A DNA stretch of 55,768 nt from Octopus bimaculoides (Eukaryota). Shown piece after piece: positions 52,157 to 55,768 of the stretch (position 1 is its first letter; every line of letters begins with the position of its first letter). The notes under the pieces are model-generated. The model had not been told where the DNA came from and did not search any database. It saw only the letters and a list, made by a program, of their open reading frames with translations. The stretch spans positions 44,062,554 to 44,118,321 of the forward strand of contig NC_068992.1 in NCBI RefSeq assembly GCF_001194135.2, in the 5' to 3' direction. The position numbers and the translations under genes were made by a program.

Positions 52157-52717
52157 TATAAAATTTAGATTCAAGGTGAATATGGTACTTATGTTTAGGT
52201 ACCAGAATTTAGTATGGTATTATCCAGACAATTCCCAAATAAGGTGATTAAAAATCAAAATAAGCNNNNNNNNNNNNNNNNNNNNNNNNNNNNNNNNNNN
52301 NNNNNNNNNNNNNNNNNNNNNNNNNNNNNNNNNNNNNNNNNNNNNNNNNNNNNNNNNNNNNNNNNNNNNNNNNNNNNNNNNNNNNNNNNNNNNNNNNNNN
52401 NNNNNNNNNNNNNNNNNNNNNNNNNNNNNNNNNNNNNNNNNNNNNNNNNNNNNNNNNNNNNNNNNNNNNNNNNNNNNNNNNNNNNNNNNNNNNNNNNNNN
52501 NNNNNNNNNNNNNNNNNNNNNNNNNNNNNNNNNNNNNNNNNNNNNNNNNNNNNNNNNNNNNNNNNNNNNNNNNNNNNNNNNNNNNNNNNNNNNNNNNNNN
52601 NNNNNNNNNNNNNNNNNNNNNNNNNNNNNNNNNNNNNNNNNNNNNNNNNNNNNNNNNNNNNNNNNNNNNNNNNNNNNNNNNNNNNNNNNNNNNNNNNNNN
52701 NNNNNNNNNNNNNNNNN

Positions 52718-52780
<63 letters not shown>

Positions 52781-52814
52781 GTGTGTGTATATGTATATGT
52801 GTATGTGTGTGTGC

Positions 52815-52852
<38 letters not shown>
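52718..52852. repeat. (TA)n-(TG)n microsatellite abutting gap 52266-52717
   Basis: Direct reading. Confidence 0.95.
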
Positions 52853-52854
<2 letters not shown>

Positions 52855-53180
52855 ATCATAACACAGAATCAATAACTAGTTTTATACTGTTTCAACTTGA
52901 TGCAATAAGTGCTATTAATTTTATTGAGGCATTAAGTGCCTTCCATCATTTTTTGAAAATAACTGAATAATTATTTTGTTCTAAATGTTTAATTCTAATC
53001 CTTTATATTTATGTGTCCATAACATCGATAGAGTTAGCTTTTGGAAGATGGAGACGTGTCTAGTCTATTCCTTTTTTTTTCTTAATAGAGTAACTGTACT
53101 CTCTAATGGAAAAAGTCTTTAGGGAAACATCATTCGCCTACTTCGTTGTTGATTATTATTATTATTATTATTATTATTAT

Positions 53181-53290
53181 TTTATGTTTGACTTTTGTTT
53201 TGCATTTGTACAAGTTGGATCCAAGTCTCACCCAGAGACCTCAAGAGACAACAAGTTAGAAGTTCATGTAGGTGTTATGCCTAGGGTACC
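53181..53290 (-). mobile_element. Probable 3' UTR of an RLE-type LINE ending in (AAT)n
   Basis: Minus strand CTCTTGAGGTCTCTGGGTGAGACTTGG...CAAAAGTCAAACAT followed by (AAT)n; family assignment from recall only. Confidence 0.45.
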
Positions 53291-53515
53291 ATATATTTGG
53301 ATTTGTACAGTTTTGTTCTAGTGAATGTTTAAGAAACCATAAGAAAATTATGTGTTTGTTTTAAAATTTGAGATCACATAGACAGTATTTTACGTAGGAT
53401 ATGGGCAGTTCCCATGAGCACTATCTTTTGAACTTCAGCCATTTTGGGGTTTCCTGGTATCTGAGCTAAGTAGTAATCAGCCCGTTTCGCTGTCATTCCC
53501 AGGGCACCTATGACA

Positions 53516-53552
<37 letters not shown>

Positions 53553-53555
<3 letters not shown>

Positions 53556-53666
53556 TAGTTTTATTTCTATAACGTGCTTTCATTTCACTACCGAGCGCAG
53601 CTCTGTGTGCCTTGGGTATGTGCTGTGGTTTGCTGTGATGCTCTTATAGTTACTGTATTGAAAGTG
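53553..53666 (-). mobile_element. 3' end of the same RLE-LINE family as 11193-11600
   Basis: Reverse complement CACTTTCAATACAGTAACTATAAGAGCATCAC is 30/32 identical to 11530-11561; ends in (AAT)n at 53516-53552. Confidence 0.8.
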
Positions 53667-53764
53667 CCAAATTTTATATTTCAAGGGAAATAACTCACAA
53701 TCTTTTCAAAAGAATATCTCCCCTTGGGGTTACAATTGAAATCAAAAAAGTAATAGGGTCATTA

Positions 53765-53920
53765 AATGCTTTCGGACAAAATGCTTTTGAATCTATATTT
53801 CGGATTTAACATTCTCAGTTCAAATCCCTACGCGGTCCATTTTGCCTTTCATTGTTTCTTAGTCGTTAGACTAAAATACCAGTTAAATACAGCAGTTGGC
53901 ATAAACAACTATTCTCAACT
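53765..53920 (+). mobile_element. Degenerate SINE family 1 copy
   Basis: TTCTCAGTTCAAATC...TTTTGCCTTTCATT...AAATACCAGTT. Confidence 0.6.
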
Positions 53921-54915
53921 ATTATCACCTGCAAATTTGTGATTTATTGAACTATTTGCAATCTATAATTGATATTTTATAACTACACATGCGGCGTTTT
54001 AATTGAGAATATATCAAAACGAAACTAAAATCCGTAACGTCTTTAATCCGGATTTCTAACGGCTCTGACTAGCACATGTTCTAGATGAAGCGATAAGTAG
54101 ATAGTCGAAACTGCGATGCAAAGTCAATCCTTGATTTAATCTTTCACTTATACCACAACTCTCTTGGGAAAGGCATGAACCCCAAAATGTATTTTCCCTC
54201 CTCTGAAGGAATGCTTTTTCTAGTCCAAAATATGTTTATCATATTTAATACGCGCCAGAGAACAAGATGTAATTTTCTTTAGTCACAGTTTCTTCTAATC
54301 AAGAGCTTTTGACTTTACATTCGATGCTGATTGATTGCGGAAGCACTTAAGAGTGAAATTAAAAGATGATTACATGTATAGATATATTCAGGTTACATAA
54401 ATTAATTACTAATACAATACAGCTAGAGAAATAGGCAAAGAAGGCCAAAAAGAATGACCGAGTAATCAAACGGCTATGCTATTGAAGTTGATATTAGTTT
54501 TGGAATTGAACTCAACGAAATATATCTTCACCTTTTATCTACTTAATCGTTTAAGAATGAAATCAATGAGTCGGTTAATGAACGGATATACCAGTAATAT
54601 ATCATGTAGCTGACAAATATATATAATCTTTCCTTTAATAATGAATTGCAGTGTTCAGTAAGTATTTATTGCTCAACCTTTAATGAAAAATAATTATTAA
54701 TAAAACCAGATCCTCCCCCATGTACAAATCAAAGTCCTTTCTCCAGGGTATCAAACAATTTTTACTTCTAATGTAAACCAAAAAATCTCACAGAATGTCA
54801 CGAGAAATTTAGATAATCTAACTCTTTGTGTAGTGTCTTTATGTTATTTTGCTTTTATTAATCCTTTTTCTTTTATTAACTTTTATTTCCCTCGTGAATG
54901 TGAAAATCATATCAG

Positions 54916-55007
54916 CTGTTGGAAGACACAATATTTGTGATTGGAGGATTCGATGATCTAACGACGATAGCTTGTGTGGAACGTTATGATGACACCGTTG
55001 ATCAGTG
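54916..55007 (+). CDS. KLHL10: KLHL10-like coding exon 5 (Kelch 6, partial); final exon outside the window
   Basis: Acceptor ATCAG|CTG, phase 0. LLEDTIFVIGGFDDLTTIACVERYDDTVDQW. Donor TG|GTGAGT, phase 2. Exons 1-5 total 1661 nt (553 codons + 2 nt) with no stop or frameshift. Confidence 0.92.
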
Positions 55008-55580
55008 GTGAGTTCTGTTTTGAATTATTTTAGAATGTGATTAACTTCTGACAGTGAGGTTAGTTGAAGAGGAATGTTGGATATTATAGGAATAAGGAGG
55101 TGAAGTTAATGTGTCTTAATTATTGAAGTTTAGTGACATGGGAAAGGACTTTCTTGCACGAAATAGTTCTTCAGAAGAGGGATCTCGGTGTTTCTAAACC
55201 ACGAAGGTAGGGTGGCGTGGGGTAGGGACAAAGACATGGTTAATACCAACTCATAATTTTTACATTCATGAAGCTTTCAAATATACAAATGAATTTTTCC
55301 TATTGTTATATAAAATTCACAGTATGCGCGCCTCATAATCAGCTAATTGCTAAGGTTTTCACATAAAAATTTCAATTACTTATAGTGTAATTGATAGAAA
55401 AGAATAAACGGCACGGAATCCGCTGCTTTCTACGTAAATTCCCCAAAATTCCATGTACATGTGTGTGTGTGTGTGTGTGTGTGTATGAGTATGATTGTGA
55501 GTGTGTGTGTATACACATATATATATATATATATATATACCGGAGTAAGCACATGAAATGTGCAACAAGGTGGAAAAAAG

Positions 55581-55768
55581 AGTACTCAAATACCAGAGGT
55601 AGAGTAGTATGCTTTATTTAAAAGCAGCAGAAATATAACAAAAAAACCGTTACTCTGAGTTTCACGTTCCCGTTCATCGGACAGTTTTGTTAGAAATGGA
55701 GAAAGGATAACAATGCAATCGAAAGTAATATAAAATTAAAAATTTAAAACACATGGATTCGTTTGATT
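55581..55768 (-). mobile_element. Probable 3' terminal repeat (pLTR) of a Penelope-like element or retrozyme
   Basis: On the minus strand, hammerhead then AATAAA (55613-55618) then an end abutting a (TA)n tract; this layout is typical of PLE ends. Continues beyond the window. Confidence 0.55.
55643..55688 (-). ncRNA. Minimal type I hammerhead ribozyme motif (Penelope/retrozyme type)
   Basis: Minus strand reads AAAACUGU CCGAUGA ACG-GGAA-CGU GAAA CUC-A-GAG UA ACGGUUUU. Stem I has 8 bp (one G-U), stem II has 3 bp plus a GGAA loop, stem III is palindromic, cleavage triplet is GUA. Core differs from CUGANGA only by U4C. Confidence 0.8.

Noticed and set aside
53400-53515. Possible tail-to-tail element sharing the (TAT)n tract
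   Set aside because: Identity and orientation of the left-hand sequence cannot be established.
55008-55580. Search for the final KLHL10-like exon
   Set aside because: No phase 2 acceptor yields the expected M...RSALS-like sequence; presumed outside the window.

Overview
Eukaryotic, AT-rich draft-assembly sequence with eight N gaps and dense microsatellites. The interspersed repeat families resemble those I recall from Octopus/coleoid cephalopod genomes (inference, not database-checked). Two plus-strand genes are supported. (1) A small single-pass membrane protein gene: terminal coding exon 13791-14122 and a phase-compatible upstream exon ending at 3150. Its TM/juxtamembrane segment aligns gaplessly with FNDC4/FNDC5 (irisin precursor), but no FN3 domain is visible in the window. 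(2) A KLHL10-like BTB-BACK-Kelch gene: five coding exons from 42180 to 55007 with consistent splice phases; the last exon lies outside the window. The rest is transposon debris: Tx1/L1-type, CR1-group, APE and RLE-type LINE fragments, a Gypsy 5' LTR plus gag, several Tc1/mariner relics, Penelope-like fragments and three tRNA-derived SINE families. Best leads: a fully foldable minimal type I hammerhead ribozyme (55643-55688, minus strand), the apparently FN3-less FNDC5-like protein, a pre-miRNA-like hairpin (23294-23371), an inverted SINE pair around a weak-donor KLHL10 exon, and RLE-LINE ends sitting in (AAT)n tracts. No CRISPR, rRNA or genuine tRNA gene was seen.
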